DNA from: Cyanobium sp.
GTDB taxonomy: Bacteria; Cyanobacteriota; Cyanobacteriia; PCC-6307; Cyanobiaceae
DNA: 64,000 bases
Assembly: GCA_046080725.1 (NCBI GenBank)
Contig: JBJTUM010000195.1
Location: 6,091-70,090 of the forward strand
Reading direction: 5' to 3'
How positions within the stretch are numbered: the first letter of the stretch is position 1; the number at the start of each line of letters is the position of its first letter. The notes below the pieces were generated by a model. The model was not told the origin of the DNA. It ran no database searches and worked only from the letters and a program-made list of their open reading frames with translations. Of this stretch, positions 23,527-35,179 are shown piece after piece. The position numbers and the translations under genes were made by a program.

Positions 23527-24627
23527 TCAGCGTTGGGCTGTCCAATCTTGGAACCATCCACGCTTCCATAGCCAATAGGCTTGAATAAAGCCAACGAGAG
23601 CCATTGCAATGAGGATGATGAAGTAGCCATAGTGCCATTTCAACTCCGGCATGTTTTCAAAGTTCATTCCATAAATTCCAGCAATAAAGGTCAGGGGAGC
23701 AAAGATACTTGTTAGGATTGTTAAAGTCTTCATCACCTGATTCATCCGATTTCCAACCCCTACGCTGTAAGCTTGGGTGATGGCGTCACACTGGTTGCGA
23801 AGCATTTCACAATTTTCGTAAAGGAGTTGCACCAGCTCCCCCATCTCCTGGAATCCCCCCAGTGCTTCCCTTCCAAGTAGGGTTTGATGCTCCCGCAGAA
23901 GCATTTGAATCTGATGACGTAATGGCCAGATTTGGCTTCGAATGGTCCGCAGATTTCCTCGATAGCGAAAAGTGCTTGATAGCAGTTTGGGTTTAGGACG
24001 TCTTAGTACAGCTTCCTCCAACCCATCCAACTGATGGGATATCCTTTCAAGCATGGGAAAAATATCGTCTAGAATATCATCAATAACAAAGTGGAGGATA
24101 TCATCAAGATCACTGTCTTCTATCACGGTATCCCCTGAGAGGATCCAACTGGTCAGCTCTGGAAATGCCCCGCCTCTGGCAATCTCCTCAACAGTAATCA
24201 ATACCCCAGGCAACAGGAGAACCCCTACTTGATCACTGATCAGATGGCCTGGTGTGGCCGCAAAACTGAGTCGGTGGATAACAACGAGAACGGCAGTATT
24301 TAAGCAATCCACCTGAGGACGCTGGGGTGCTTCCACCAGTGGCGCTCTTAATACTGGTGGCACCCCAAGGGCATCGAAGACCTCCATGATCTTGGAATGG
24401 TGCCCCAAGCCTCTCACCCTTACCCATAAACTGACACCACGCCGATGCAGGATGCTTAGAGCCTCTCCATCCACTTGTCCGTGGTGCTGGGCGTGTCCAT
24501 TCTCAAATTGAATGGCATCGATAGAGGTTGGACTGATTCCGCCATGTTGATAAACTTCTGCGGGATATCCACCTGGTCGATGTTCGAGCAGCTGGGAACT
24601 GAAGGCACCTGGTGTCAGTCGAAGCAC
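23527..24627 (-). CDS. corA: CorA family Mg2+/Co2+ transporter
   Basis: MNQVMKTLT..PLTFIAGIYGMNFENMPELKW. Confidence 0.92.
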   Translation of the reverse strand: MLRLTPGAFSSQLLEHRPGGYPAEVYQHGGISPTSIDAIQFENGHAQHHGQVDGEALSILHRRGVSLWVRVRGLGHHSKIMEVFDALGVPPVLRAPLVEAPQRPQVDCLNTAVLVVIHRLSFAATPGHLISDQVGVLLLPGVLITVEEIARGGAFPELTSWILSGDTVIEDSDLDDILHFVIDDILDDIFPMLERISHQLDGLEEAVLRRPKPKLLSSTFRYRGNLRTIRSQIWPLRHQIQMLLREHQTLLGREALGGFQEMGELVQLLYENCEMLRNQCDAITQAYSVGVGNRMNQVMKTLTILTSIFAPLTFIAGIYGMNFENMPELKWHYGYFIILIAMALVGFIQAYWLWKRGWFQDWTAQR

Positions 24628-24688
24628 GTTGGAGCATCCACCTGCTGGATGGGACTAACCTAGGAGGGTAGGCCATCTCGTCTCAACA

Positions 24689-24955
24689 ATGCCGTCGTCT
24701 ACCCAACCCAGTGATCAAGAGGGGGTCAAATCCCCCATGGAATCTCATGGGAGTTATCGCGGTGAGGATTGGTCACCAGAGCGGTTAATGTTTCATCAAA
24801 ACCTAGAGACTTTTGCTGAACGTGTAGGGCTCATTGTTGGATTGCAAGGTAATGGCAAGATCTCTCAAGAGGAAGCTTATGCACAAATTAAGCGTATCTG
24901 GAAGACACTAAAGCAGAGCAAGGATCACCTCATCAATCCACCATCCTCGGAATAG
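24689..24955 (+). CDS. Conserved cyanobacterial hypothetical protein
   Basis: YRG..SPERLMFHQNL..FAERVGLIVGL..GKIS.EEAY..IK.IWK.LK.S. Confidence 0.75.
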   Translation: MPSSTQPSDQEGVKSPMESHGSYRGEDWSPERLMFHQNLETFAERVGLIVGLQGNGKISQEEAYAQIKRIWKTLKQSKDHLINPPSSE

Positions 24956-25023
24956 GCATCCCAATGAGTGTTAAAAAACCATTCGTTGCTCATGCCAATG
25001 GATAAGATCCATGAGTCCTATCG

Positions 25024-25251
25024 ATGGTTTCTCCTGTGTTTCTAAAAGTGCAAGATGATAACGGATTTGGCATTGTTGAAATTCTGGATCTTAAAGGCTT
25101 ATTTGATCCTTTCTCACCAGTCGTGAAAGGAAGACTTCACGGTGGTGAAGAACTTCAAGATGCCCAAGATTATCCTAAGTCAGATTTAATATTTCCTTCC
25201 GGTGAATCTCTTCCCTGTTGTTGGCGTGACCCTGAGTATCAGGCTAGCTGA
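25024..25251 (+). CDS. Small conserved cyanobacterial protein
   Basis: VEILDL..LFDPF..V.GR.HGGEELQD..FPSGESLP.CW.DP.Y. Confidence 0.75.
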   Translation: MVSPVFLKVQDDNGFGIVEILDLKGLFDPFSPVVKGRLHGGEELQDAQDYPKSDLIFPSGESLPCCWRDPEYQAS

Positions 25252-25259
25252 TAGGATTG

Positions 25260-26621
25260 TTATTGATGGATCAGTTGGTCAGCAGAAGTAACTAAAGCTT
25301 CTTTGGTGATTTGATCTAGTGATGACGGAATGCGCGGCGTCACCTGCAACAGGGCTATAGCTTCCGACTCTGTTCTCACAACGCTGTTGATCGGCTTGTA
25401 TTGAGACGGGGCAAGAGCTTGGCCACGTAGAACCGATGCAAGGGTTCGGAACGTGAGTTTGACTTGTTGCCAGGGGTTCATCGCTACAACTTTTTTGTAC
25501 AAGTAGCTGTCAAACGTGAGGCGTTGCACATCTTTGTCATCACACATTTCAACAAAGGCTTCTCTTGCTGGATCATTGCTATAGAAAATGTTTTGTAAAA
25601 TCTCCAAGACTTTATAGGTAGGTCCATACTTCTTGTCCCATTTCTTCAGATAGACTTTTAAATCTGATTCGCTTGGTAGCTCTTGGCCGTTTGCACTTGC
25701 ATTGACGATTTCTTCTGCGCACATGCGGCCACTCTTGGCAGCAAAATAAATGCCTTCACCTGAGCTTTTCGTAACATAGCCAGCAGCATCACCCACAAGC
25801 GCCATCCGACCAACAACTCTTCGAGGACGTGGATGTTCGGGAATGGGATGGGCTTCTACCTTGATCACTTCCCCCATCAATAGTCGTTTACTTGCCCGGG
25901 TTCGGATTGCTTTTTGAAGGCCCTTGATCATCGACTGGTTTTTCTGCATCGTTCCTGTTCCAACGGCAACATGATCATATTTTGGAAAAACCCACGCATA
26001 AAAATCAGGGGAGACATCACTACCTACATACATTTCAGCGAGGTCTTCGTAATATGACATTTCCTCATGAGGAAGCCTGATTCTTTCCTGAAAAGCGATC
26101 GCCATATTATATGCACCAGCATCCATGGCCTTTGCAACCTTACTGTTAGCTCCATCAGCACCAACAATCAGATCAACTTCTAGGCTCTTGCGTTCACCAG
26201 TCAGACTACCACTGCTGTAATCAGAATAGTGTATGGTATATGGGCCTTGCCTTTTTTCCCCGGTATCTATAGACTGAACCAGACCATTAATCAAGTGAGC
26301 GCCAAGTCTGGCAGCCCTGTCCCTCAGAAAGGAGTCCAGCACTTCCCGGCGGCACATACCAATATATTCGTTTTCGTCGTCAAGATGAATATCAACTTCA
26401 CGATTTGATGGAGATATCATCTTCATGTTCCTTACTTTTCTGTCAATAATTTCATTGGGAATGTCAAACTCGCTTACCATGCAGAGAGGGATCGCACCTC
26501 CACAGGGCTTGGCATTATCGAGCTTTCGTTCGAAGAGCCATGTTGGAATCCCTGCTTTGGCCAGCACTTCTGCAGCACATGAACCGCTGGGTCCGCCACC
26601 TACAACAGCAACTCGCAACAT
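25260..26621 (-). CDS. chlP: Geranylgeranyl reductase
   Basis: MLRVAVVGGGPSG, KPCGGAIP, VGDAAGYVTKSSGEGIYFAAKSG. Confidence 0.97.
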   Translation of the reverse strand: MLRVAVVGGGPSGSCAAEVLAKAGIPTWLFERKLDNAKPCGGAIPLCMVSEFDIPNEIIDRKVRNMKMISPSNREVDIHLDDENEYIGMCRREVLDSFLRDRAARLGAHLINGLVQSIDTGEKRQGPYTIHYSDYSSGSLTGERKSLEVDLIVGADGANSKVAKAMDAGAYNMAIAFQERIRLPHEEMSYYEDLAEMYVGSDVSPDFYAWVFPKYDHVAVGTGTMQKNQSMIKGLQKAIRTRASKRLLMGEVIKVEAHPIPEHPRPRRVVGRMALVGDAAGYVTKSSGEGIYFAAKSGRMCAEEIVNASANGQELPSESDLKVYLKKWDKKYGPTYKVLEILQNIFYSNDPAREAFVEMCDDKDVQRLTFDSYLYKKVVAMNPWQQVKLTFRTLASVLRGQALAPSQYKPINSVVRTESEAIALLQVTPRIPSSLDQITKEALVTSADQLIHQ

Positions 26622-26808
26622 CTTGAAATGAACTCCATCAATGGAATCACTTTCAAGTTAACACTCCGTTCCGTGTGTTTGATGTTTTTCGGTATTGCAT
26701 GCATATCATGTAGCATTGTCTAGATTTGCTGATGTGACCTAAACCAGGGTGTGGGTTTGTTTCTCACGGCCAGTGTGTAGCTAAACAAGGGTTCAACCGA
26801 AGGCTTCT

Positions 26809-27555
26809 ATGGTAAATCGAAATAAAAATACAGACGACATCCCCATCGCTATACGGTCACACACTTTAAAGACTCCTCAGACAAAACGCCGATCCTTGCT
26901 CTTGTCCAGGATCCTGTTGTACGGACTTCCTCTCATTCTGGGTCTAGCTTCTTTAGCGATTGGTCCTTTGCGTGTCATCGTTTTCCCTTCACCTGTCTCT
27001 GGTCTTTCTGCTCGCTTGTCGAGCGATGGCAGATTGTTGGGTCACTTCCCCTATCCTGAAGCTGATCCGATCACACTGATCCCGGTCGCACCAGGTTTGT
27101 TGTTAAGGCGCGATGCTGCAAGGAGTTTCATAGCGATGGAGCATGCAGCTGCTTCCGATGGGGTAGCCCTTGCTCCGCTTAGCGGCTTTCGTTCCATCTC
27201 CCTCCAAAACGAACTTTTTTTTGATGTTAAGGCGGACAGAAATCAAACCTCCCTTGAACGTGCCCAGGTCAGTGCCCCTCCAGGTTTTTCGGAACACAGT
27301 ACCGGTTATGCAATTGATATAGGGGACACTAGTCAGCCGCAAGCGAATCTCTCTCCAAATTTTCGATATACAAAAGCTTATGCATGGCTAATTAAAAATG
27401 CTGCACGCTTTCAGTTTGTTCTCTCTTTCCCAGAAAATAACCCCCAAGGAGTTAACTTTGAGCCCTGGCATTGGAGGTATGAGGGCAGCACTGAGGCTCT
27501 GAGAGTCTTCGAACCTGCTCAGAGACTGGTGCAAAGCCATGGGACTGTAAGATAA
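26809..27555 (+). CDS. M15B D-Ala-D-Ala carboxypeptidase (VanY-like)
   Basis: SGFRS, SAPPGFSEHSTGYAIDIGD, EPWHWRY. Confidence 0.9.
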   Translation: MVNRNKNTDDIPIAIRSHTLKTPQTKRRSLLLSRILLYGLPLILGLASLAIGPLRVIVFPSPVSGLSARLSSDGRLLGHFPYPEADPITLIPVAPGLLLRRDAARSFIAMEHAAASDGVALAPLSGFRSISLQNELFFDVKADRNQTSLERAQVSAPPGFSEHSTGYAIDIGDTSQPQANLSPNFRYTKAYAWLIKNAARFQFVLSFPENNPQGVNFEPWHWRYEGSTEALRVFEPAQRLVQSHGTVR

Positions 27556-27612
27556 GGAGTTCAGATGGCCATCACTGCTGGCTTATCTTCCATCTCCTCC
27601 CAGGTCCACTGC

Positions 27613-29409
27613 ATGAAAGGTTCCCAAATACGAAACCTTGCAATTATTGCCCACGTTGATCATGGCAAAACCACGCTTGTTGATGCGCTGCTGACACAAT
27701 CTGGTGTTTTCCGAGATGGTGAGGAGATTCCAACCTGTATTCTTGATTCTAATGATCTAGAACGAGAGCGGGGAATTACTATTCTTTCGAAGAATACTGC
27801 TGTTGATTACAAGGGTGTCAGGATTAACATTGTTGATACCCCTGGCCACGCTGATTTTGGTGGTGAGGTTGAACGGGTTCTTGGCATGGTTGATGGTTGT
27901 CTTCTCATCGTTGATGCCAATGAGGGTCCGATGCCTCAAACACGTTTTGTCTTAAAAAAAGCACTAGAGAAGGGTTTGAGACCGATTGTCTTTGTCAATA
28001 AGATTGATCGTGCCAGAGTAGAGCCAGAACAAGCTCTTGATAAGGTTCTGGATCTCTTCCTTGAACTTGGTGCCGATGATGATCAATGTGATTTCCCCTA
28101 CCTTTTTGGCAGTGGAATGGGTGGATATGCAAAAGCTGAAATGTCTGCAGAAAGTTCTTCTATGGAGCCTTTGTTTGACGCCATCTTAAGACATGTCCCA
28201 GCACCGGTTGGAGATGCAACAAAACCCCTCCAAATGCAGGTGACAACTCTAGACTATAATGATTTTCTTGGCAGAATTATTATTGGTCGTGTTCATAATG
28301 GCACGATCAGGAATGGCCAGCCCATTGCTTTGATCCGAGATGACGGAAGCATAAAGCGTGGCAAAGTGACAAAACTATTGGGATTCCAAGGCCTACGCAG
28401 AATTGAAATTGAGGAAGCGAGAGCGGGAGATATTGCCGCGGTGGCTGGATTTGATGAGGTTAACATCGGTGAGACTGTTGCTTGCCCGGATCATCCTGAG
28501 GCCTTGCCCTTGATCAAGGTGGATGAGCCAACCTTGCAAATGACCTTCATGGTCAATGATTCTCCTTTTGCAGGGAAGGAGGGTAAGTTTGTCACCAGCC
28601 GGCAGGTGAGAGACCGCCTGCAGCGTGAGCTTTTAACCAATGTAGCCTTACGATTTGAGGATACGGATTCGCCAGATCGCTGGTTGATCAGTGGAAGGGG
28701 TGAGTTACATCTTGGCATTCTCATTGAAACAATGCGCCGTGAGGGATATGAATTCCAGGTCAGCCAACCTCAGGTTATTTTTCGTGAAATTGATGGCATT
28801 CCCCATGAACCCTACGAAATGCTAGTCATCGACGTACCAGAGCCTAGTGTTGGAACATGCATTGAGAAGTTGGGATCTCGAAAAGCGGAAATGATGAATA
28901 TGGAAACCGGAAGTGACGCAAGAGTTCAACTGGAGTTTGTTGTTCCATCTAGAGGTTTGATCGGGTTTCGTGGTGATTTCATCCGTTCGACAAGAGGGGA
29001 GGGGATTATGAGCCATTCTTTCCATGATTATCGTCCATTGCAAGGTGATTTTGATCTTCGTCGAAATGGAGTATTAATAGCTTTTGAAGAGGGCACTTCA
29101 ACTTTCTATGCATTAAAGAATGCCGAAGATAGGGGTCAGTTCTTTATCTCTCCTGGCACAAAAGTCTATAAGGGTATGATCGTTGGGGAGAATAATCGTC
29201 CTCAAGACCTGGAAATTAATGTTTGCAAGACTAAACAATTAACCAACATGCGTTCTGCAGGTGCTGAGGAACTTGACACCCTTCAATCACCGATGCAAAT
29301 GACCCTAGAGCGTGCCTTGGAATATATTGGTTCTGATGAGATGCTTGAGGTTACTCCCGAAAGTATCCGACTGCGTAAGGTTCCTGCCAAAAAGCCTCTC
29401 CGTCGCTAG
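27613..29409 (+). CDS. typA: Translational GTPase TypA/BipA
   Basis: [48 protein letters not shown]. Confidence 0.98.
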   Translation: MKGSQIRNLAIIAHVDHGKTTLVDALLTQSGVFRDGEEIPTCILDSNDLERERGITILSKNTAVDYKGVRINIVDTPGHADFGGEVERVLGMVDGCLLIVDANEGPMPQTRFVLKKALEKGLRPIVFVNKIDRARVEPEQALDKVLDLFLELGADDDQCDFPYLFGSGMGGYAKAEMSAESSSMEPLFDAILRHVPAPVGDATKPLQMQVTTLDYNDFLGRIIIGRVHNGTIRNGQPIALIRDDGSIKRGKVTKLLGFQGLRRIEIEEARAGDIAAVAGFDEVNIGETVACPDHPEALPLIKVDEPTLQMTFMVNDSPFAGKEGKFVTSRQVRDRLQRELLTNVALRFEDTDSPDRWLISGRGELHLGILIETMRREGYEFQVSQPQVIFREIDGIPHEPYEMLVIDVPEPSVGTCIEKLGSRKAEMMNMETGSDARVQLEFVVPSRGLIGFRGDFIRSTRGEGIMSHSFHDYRPLQGDFDLRRNGVLIAFEEGTSTFYALKNAEDRGQFFISPGTKVYKGMIVGENNRPQDLEINVCKTKQLTNMRSAGAEELDTLQSPMQMTLERALEYIGSDEMLEVTPESIRLRKVPAKKPLRR

Positions 29410-29416
29410 GAGTCTT

Positions 29417-29818
29417 ATGTCTCAGCCTATTTCTAAGCATTTGTGCCCTTTTACAGAGGAAGCTTACGTGCATGCAGTGCATGTGTTTAATTCTCAGCAG
29501 TGGCATGCTGCGCATGATCTATTTGAAGAGCTATGGTATGAAGCATCAGGTGACTTACGTGAACTTTTGCAGGGTATCATTCAAATCTCAGTTGCTGAGT
29601 ATCATCTGGATAATGGAAATAAAAAAGGTTCTATTCTCTTGATGGCAGAAGGACTTAATCATCTGAATACCTCCGACTCATTCGTCACCGGTTACGATCT
29701 TGATCGCTTAAGGAAAGTAGTTAGCCAGCGTCTTTCGGCACTCCAAAATCAGCTAGATCCAAATGATCCTACGATACCCCGTCCATCCTTAATTAAGACT
29801 TCTCCAATAGGTTTGTAA
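29417..29818 (+). CDS. DUF309 domain protein
   Basis: FN..WHAAHDLFEELW..LQGIIQISVA.YHL..GN. Confidence 0.85.
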   Translation: MSQPISKHLCPFTEEAYVHAVHVFNSQQWHAAHDLFEELWYEASGDLRELLQGIIQISVAEYHLDNGNKKGSILLMAEGLNHLNTSDSFVTGYDLDRLRKVVSQRLSALQNQLDPNDPTIPRPSLIKTSPIGL

Positions 29819-29821
29819 TCA

Positions 29822-30292
29822 ATGAATCAGTATTTGGGTCAGTCTCTTAAGTCTCTGGCAGTCATTTGCACTCTTTTGCTTGTTCAAGCTTTTCCCTCTT
29901 CATTATATAGTCAGGCCGTTGATGGAGTAACCAGTTCTCCCCAACTCCCCGAGAAAGATAGTCTTGTTACAATCGAGTCAGATATCCAACAGGCTGATAA
30001 TCAAACAGGCATCGTTACTGCAACTGGAAATGTTCGGATTACCTATCCAGATAAGGGAATGGTCGCTACATCTAGACAGGCTCAATATTTTTCTAAGGAG
30101 GGGCGTCTTATCCTCTCTGGAGATGTCGACGTCATTGATGCAGATGGGCAAAGGATTAGGGCTGAACGGCTGGTGTATCAACTTGATCAAGAGCGTCTAC
30201 TGGCCAAACCTGCACAAGGTAAGCAGGTGATGAGCAAGCTGAAGCTCAATTCGCCAACCCCCAAAAAGGAGGCAGGCTTCCTTGTCCCATGA
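29822..30292 (+). CDS. lptA: LptA/OstA family protein
   Basis: Signal peptide, IESDIQQAD..VTATGNV; upstream of lptB. Confidence 0.82.
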   Translation: MNQYLGQSLKSLAVICTLLLVQAFPSSLYSQAVDGVTSSPQLPEKDSLVTIESDIQQADNQTGIVTATGNVRITYPDKGMVATSRQAQYFSKEGRLILSGDVDVIDADGQRIRAERLVYQLDQERLLAKPAQGKQVMSKLKLNSPTPKKEAGFLVP

Positions 30293-31017
30293 CTCTAATC
30301 CTTGATCGTGTAGCGATCTCCCTCTCAGGTAGGCCCCTTGTCCATGACGTGAGTCTGCAACTACGTCCAGGTGAAGTGGTAGGTCTATTGGGTCCTAACG
30401 GAGCTGGGAAAACCACAACATTTAATCTCGTTACAGGTCTTTTGCGTCCTGACAAAGGTGATGTCACGTTAGATCGGCAATCCATTGCCGGACTGCCCAT
30501 GCCGGTGCGTGCTCGCCTCGGTATCGGCTATCTGCCCCAGGAGGCCAGTGTTTTTCGTAATCTTTCTGTTCGAGAAAACCTACGCCTTGCGTTAGAAGTA
30601 TCCTCTACCCCAGTGCATCAATTTTCTGCTCGCTTGGAGAGCCTTATTGCTGAGTTTCACCTCGCTGGCTTTCAGATGCGCAAGGGTTTTCAACTTTCTG
30701 GAGGTGAGCGGCGTCGAACGGAGGTTGCTCGCGCCCTCGCTGTTGGCACCCATGGTCCTCGTTATCTGTTGTTGGATGAGCCCTTTGCTGGGGTTGATCC
30801 CCTTGCTGTAGCTGATCTGCAGCAATTAATTCATGGATTAAGATCCCGCGGTATGGGTATTTTAATTACCGACCATAATGTTCGTGAAACTCTGGCTATT
30901 ACGGATCGTTCATTCATCTTGACCGAAGGGAGGATCCTTGCCTCTGGCACATCCGAAGAGTTGGCCAATGATCCCTTAGTTCGACGTCACTACCTTGGTG
31001 AGGCCTTTAGGTTGTAA
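30289..31017 (+). CDS. lptB: LPS export ABC transporter ATPase
   Basis: GPNGAGKTT, GIGYLPQEASVF, LSGGERRR, DEPFAGVDP, TDHNVRETL. Confidence 0.95.
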   Translation: MTLILDRVAISLSGRPLVHDVSLQLRPGEVVGLLGPNGAGKTTTFNLVTGLLRPDKGDVTLDRQSIAGLPMPVRARLGIGYLPQEASVFRNLSVRENLRLALEVSSTPVHQFSARLESLIAEFHLAGFQMRKGFQLSGGERRRTEVARALAVGTHGPRYLLLDEPFAGVDPLAVADLQQLIHGLRSRGMGILITDHNVRETLAITDRSFILTEGRILASGTSEELANDPLVRRHYLGEAFRL

Positions 31018-32231
31018 TGTTTTCTATCAAAGGCCATCTTCTCTCCCAACCACGCAGACTTACGAAAGGTTTTTCGCTTCGTCGCTTTTTATCCTCTTTT
31101 CAGCGCCTCCCATTAATTGACCGCTGGCTACTCCAGGAGCTCATTGGTCCTCTACTGTTCGGAATTGCAGCGTTTACTGCTGTTTCCCTATCGGTGGGCG
31201 TTGTCTTCGAACTTGTTAGGCGTATTGCTGAGTCTGGTTTGCCACTCGGAGCAGCCATTCAGGTTTTACTCCTTCGCCTCCCAGGATTTCTTGTCCTGGC
31301 TTTTCCCATGGCCACACTGATGGCCACACTCCTTGCGTACAGCAGACTTTCAGGAAGTTCTGAGTTGACTGCACTCAGAAGTCTTGGTGTAAGAACATGG
31401 CGAATTGTTGTCCCTGCACTCATCTTGTCTCTTTTTATGAGTGCCCTCACATTCTGTTTCAATGATCTCATCGTTCCTCGTAGCAATCTTCTGGCCACTA
31501 ACACTTTAGAGAAAGCACTCGGGAAGGCTCTTACGAATGAACGTGGCGACAATATTCTTTATTCTCGTTTCGGCCGATTGGAGATGGATGAAGGTGAGAG
31601 TCGCCGCGCTATGACCCACCTCTTCTACTCAAGGATGTTTAGACGGGGAGAAATGATCGATGTCACACTTCTGGATTTTTCCAGGCCAGGACAAAGACAA
31701 ATGCTGACAGCCAAACGCGGAAAATGGAATGAGAAGCAATCGATGTGGGAGTTCATTGATGGTCGAGTCGTTAGCCTTGAAGAACAATCAGGTGTTACCA
31801 CATCTGCCCGTTTTGATTCCTATTTCTATCCGCTTACACGTGATGTGCTTGATGTTGCTAAGTTGCCAACGGACGCATCCACAATGACTGTTGGACAAGC
31901 ACTTCGAGCTGAACGTCTCCTCAATGAGGCGGGAAATCAAAAAGAGTCGAGACGAATTCGTGTGCGGATTCAGGAAAAATTTGCTTTTCCAGCAATTTGC
32001 TTTATTTTTGGCCTGATTGGCAGCAGCATTGGTGTTCGCCCCCATGCACGCACTAGCCGAAGTCAGGGATTTGGAATTAGCGTGTTGTTAATTTTTGGCT
32101 ATTATTTGATGTCGTTCATTTTTAGTTCTCTAGGTTTGACAGGTGTCCTCACTCCCTTCCTCTCGGCATGGCTACCTGTGCTGATCGGGCTTGGAGCTGG
32201 AGCTTATCTCCTTCGGCGTTCCAGTTGTTAA
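31017..32231 (+). CDS. LptF/LptG (YjgP/YjgQ) permease
   Basis: [12 protein letters not shown] motif, six-TM layout, downstream of lptB. Confidence 0.9.
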   Translation: MFSIKGHLLSQPRRLTKGFSLRRFLSSFQRLPLIDRWLLQELIGPLLFGIAAFTAVSLSVGVVFELVRRIAESGLPLGAAIQVLLLRLPGFLVLAFPMATLMATLLAYSRLSGSSELTALRSLGVRTWRIVVPALILSLFMSALTFCFNDLIVPRSNLLATNTLEKALGKALTNERGDNILYSRFGRLEMDEGESRRAMTHLFYSRMFRRGEMIDVTLLDFSRPGQRQMLTAKRGKWNEKQSMWEFIDGRVVSLEEQSGVTTSARFDSYFYPLTRDVLDVAKLPTDASTMTVGQALRAERLLNEAGNQKESRRIRVRIQEKFAFPAICFIFGLIGSSIGVRPHARTSRSQGFGISVLLIFGYYLMSFIFSSLGLTGVLTPFLSAWLPVLIGLGAGAYLLRRSSC

Positions 32232-32301
32232 GTGGGATAGCCGCCCCCATCTGGAGGGTCTGGGCGCCAAACTGGAGAAGTTATTCTGGCTCTGCACGAA
32301 C

Positions 32302-33219
32302 GTGCCATCACTGACGTCTGACCCTGTTCTGGGTCTAGGTCTGGTTGCTTTCGCCCTCCTCCTTGTGGCGATGCCTGCAGCTTTTTGGTTTTTGAGTTCG
32401 GGACGCCCCAACCCCTCCATCCGGCTGTTGGTCACTGCGGCCAATCTCTGTTTGACGGCCCAGTTGGTTCTCCGCTGGTGGGATTCCGGCCATTTCCCCA
32501 TCAGCAATCTCTACGAATCTCTTTGTTTTCTTGCTTGGGGTTGTACCCTTACCCAGCTTGTTGTGGAACGGGCTTGGCCCCATCCTTTGGTGCCAGCTGC
32601 TGCAACCCCCATGGCACTTGGATGTATCGCATTTGCCAGTTTTGCCCTGCCGGATCGTCTTCAAGAGGCTTCCCCCTTAGTTCCTGCCCTCCGCTCAAGT
32701 TGGCTTGTGATGCATGTCAGTGTGATCATGCTCAGCTACGCCGCCCTGCTTGTGGGGTCGCTGCTCAGTGTTGCAGTTCTGTTTACTGATCGTAATGAGG
32801 TGCTTGAGCTTCGAAGTAGCTCGATCGGCACAGGAAACTATCGTCAGTCACAGCCCTTCAACGAAGATGGAAAAACTTCACTTGCTTCGACACTTTTTCG
32901 TTCCGTCGAAGAATTGGATAGCCTGAGTTATCGAACGATTACTGTTGGTTTTCTTCTTCTCTCCGTCGGTCTCGTTAGTGGTGCTGTTTGGGCCAATGAG
33001 GCTTGGGGATCCTGGTGGAGTTGGGATCCCAAGGAAACATGGGCTTTTATCACCTGGTTGGTCTATGCCGCATACTTACACACGCGGCTTGTTAGAGGTT
33101 GGCAAGGTCGAAAGCCAGCTCTCCTTGCTTCAGCTGGACTTGTGGTTCTATCGATATGTTACATCGGGGTCAATCTTCTAGGTATTGGTCTGCACAGTTA
33201 TGGTTGGTTTTTTGGCTGA
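32302..33219 (+). CDS. ccsA: Cytochrome c biogenesis protein (system II, CcsA)
   Basis: [42 protein letters not shown]. Confidence 0.95.
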   Translation: MPSLTSDPVLGLGLVAFALLLVAMPAAFWFLSSGRPNPSIRLLVTAANLCLTAQLVLRWWDSGHFPISNLYESLCFLAWGCTLTQLVVERAWPHPLVPAAATPMALGCIAFASFALPDRLQEASPLVPALRSSWLVMHVSVIMLSYAALLVGSLLSVAVLFTDRNEVLELRSSSIGTGNYRQSQPFNEDGKTSLASTLFRSVEELDSLSYRTITVGFLLLSVGLVSGAVWANEAWGSWWSWDPKETWAFITWLVYAAYLHTRLVRGWQGRKPALLASAGLVVLSICYIGVNLLGIGLHSYGWFFG

Positions 33220-33232
33220 AGGCCGGTATCGC

Positions 33233-33925
33233 TTAAACCATTGCCGGTTCAGGTTTTCTGCTGGTCTTGATCCCCTGGATGGCTTGAGAGTAATCACTGG
33301 CACCAAACACTCCGGATCCTGAAACAATGGCATTGGCGCCCGCTTCGATCACTTTCCAGGCATTCCCAGGTTTGATGCCGCCATCGACTTCAATCCAAGG
33401 ATCCAACCCTTTCTCCTCGCAGACGTGGCGAAGATGCTTAATTTTTGCCACTTGGCTTTCAATAAAGCTCTGACCCCCAAAGCCTGGGTTGACGCTCATG
33501 ATCAAAACCAGGTCACAGAGTTCGAGGCAATATTCCAGGGTGTCAATCGGGGTGCTTGGGTTGAGCACTGCACCAGCTTGCTTCCCAAGTTCTTTGATCT
33601 GGGCAAGGTTTCGGTGAAGGTGGGGGCAAGCTTCCACCTGAACACTGATGATGTCAGCACCTGCTTTGGCAAACTCAGGTACATATTTTTCCGGCTCGAT
33701 GATCATCAGGTGAACATCCAGTGGCTTGGAAGTGACAGGCCTCAGAGCTTCCACAATCAATGGTCCGATGGTGATGTTGGGAACAAAACGTCCATCCATC
33801 ACATCCACGTGAATCCAGTCCGCACCGGCTTGGTCAACCGCTCGCACATCCTCTCCAAGCCTGGAAAAATCGGCCGAGAGGATCGATGGCGCAACCACGA
33901 GTGGTTTTGTGCTCATGGGACTCAT
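33233..33925 (-). CDS. rpe: Ribulose-phosphate 3-epimerase
   Basis: [32 protein letters not shown]. Confidence 0.97.
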   Translation of the reverse strand: MSPMSTKPLVVAPSILSADFSRLGEDVRAVDQAGADWIHVDVMDGRFVPNITIGPLIVEALRPVTSKPLDVHLMIIEPEKYVPEFAKAGADIISVQVEACPHLHRNLAQIKELGKQAGAVLNPSTPIDTLEYCLELCDLVLIMSVNPGFGGQSFIESQVAKIKHLRHVCEEKGLDPWIEVDGGIKPGNAWKVIEAGANAIVSGSGVFGASDYSQAIQGIKTSRKPEPAMV

Positions 33926-34170
33926 GGGATGACAGCCGCAGGATTTTAGTCACACGTTTGCCCTGGCCTGCCGGGTGGGGAGCGCTGATACGATGGCGCC
34001 GCTTCAAGGTCGAGATCCTTTGGGGTCTCTTTTCAGGATCTGGCAGAACTCGGACCCGACTGGGTCAGCGTGCATCCCGTTCAACATTTTTCGTTAACCG
34101 ATGGCGCTGGTCTTCAGGACCCACCCCCCCTTGCCCGTCCCTCCTGAGGCTTTCCCCTCGCCCGCCGCCC

Positions 34171-35175
34171 GTGGACCGCACCATCATTCAGGAACTGCTC
34201 GAGGTTGTTGAGCAGGCCGCCATTGCTTCCGCCCATCTCACGGGCCATGGTAAGAAAAATGAAGCAGACCAAGCCGCTGTGGAAGCCATGCGGCAACGCA
34301 TGGGACAAATTGCTATGCAAGGACGCATCGTGATCGGTGAGGGAGAGCGAGATGAGGCCCCGATGCTGTATATCGGGGAGGAAGTAGGTAGCGGCATCGG
34401 ACCAGGTGTTGACTTTGCTGTGGATCCTTGCGAGGGCACCAACCTCTGCGCCAATGCACAGGATGGTTCCATGGCTGTTTTGGCGGCGAGCGAAAGAGGA
34501 GGGCTCTTCAATGCTCCTGATTTTTATATGAACAAATTGGCCGCTCCCCCCTCGGCCAAAGGCAAAGTCGATATTCGAAAGTCGGCCACGGAAAATCTTC
34601 GAATCCTCTCGGAGTGTCTTGGCCTGGGCATGGACGAATTGGTCATCGTTTGCATGGATCGTGCCCGCCACAAAGGCCTCATCGCTGAAATCCGAGAGGC
34701 TGGTGCACGCGTGAAACCCATCAGTGACGGGGACGTGAGCGCTGCGATTGCCTGTGGTTTTGATGGAACAGGGACTCATGCCCTGATGGGCATCGGTGCT
34801 GCACCAGAAGGTGTGATTTCCGCCGCGGCCATGCGTTGCCTTGGTGGCCATTTTCAGGGCCAGCTTGTCTATGACCCTGCTGTTGCCCAAACCAAGGAGT
34901 GGGAAGGTCTGACCCGGGAGGGCAACCTGGCTCGCCTGGCTGAAATGGGCATCACGGAACCGGATCGTGTCTACGAGGCGGATGAATTGGCCGGCGGAAA
35001 CCACGTTGTCTTTGCGGCGTCAGGCATCACCGACGGCCTTCTGTTCAAAGGCGTGAAGTTTGAGCGTGATTGCACTCGTACGAGCAGCCTGATCATCTCC
35101 TCCCTTGACAACAGTGCCCGCTTTATCGATACGGTGCATATCAAGCCTGGCGCCAAGCGGGTAGCCCTTTCCTAG
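34171..35175 (+). CDS. glpX: Class II fructose-1,6/sedoheptulose-1,7-bisphosphatase
   Basis: [31 protein letters not shown]; GTG start at 34171. Confidence 0.96.
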   Translation: MDRTIIQELLEVVEQAAIASAHLTGHGKKNEADQAAVEAMRQRMGQIAMQGRIVIGEGERDEAPMLYIGEEVGSGIGPGVDFAVDPCEGTNLCANAQDGSMAVLAASERGGLFNAPDFYMNKLAAPPSAKGKVDIRKSATENLRILSECLGLGMDELVIVCMDRARHKGLIAEIREAGARVKPISDGDVSAAIACGFDGTGTHALMGIGAAPEGVISAAAMRCLGGHFQGQLVYDPAVAQTKEWEGLTREGNLARLAEMGITEPDRVYEADELAGGNHVVFAASGITDGLLFKGVKFERDCTRTSSLIISSLDNSARFIDTVHIKPGAKRVALS

Positions 35176-35179
35176 CTCC

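Noticed and set aside
33886-34170. Long N-terminal extensions on glpX (also mfd, psb32, pxcA, lptC, ccsA)
   Set aside because: Artefacts of longest-ORF calling; family similarity begins at downstream starts
34114-35004. 296-aa minus-strand ORF
   Set aside because: Antisense shadow of glpX
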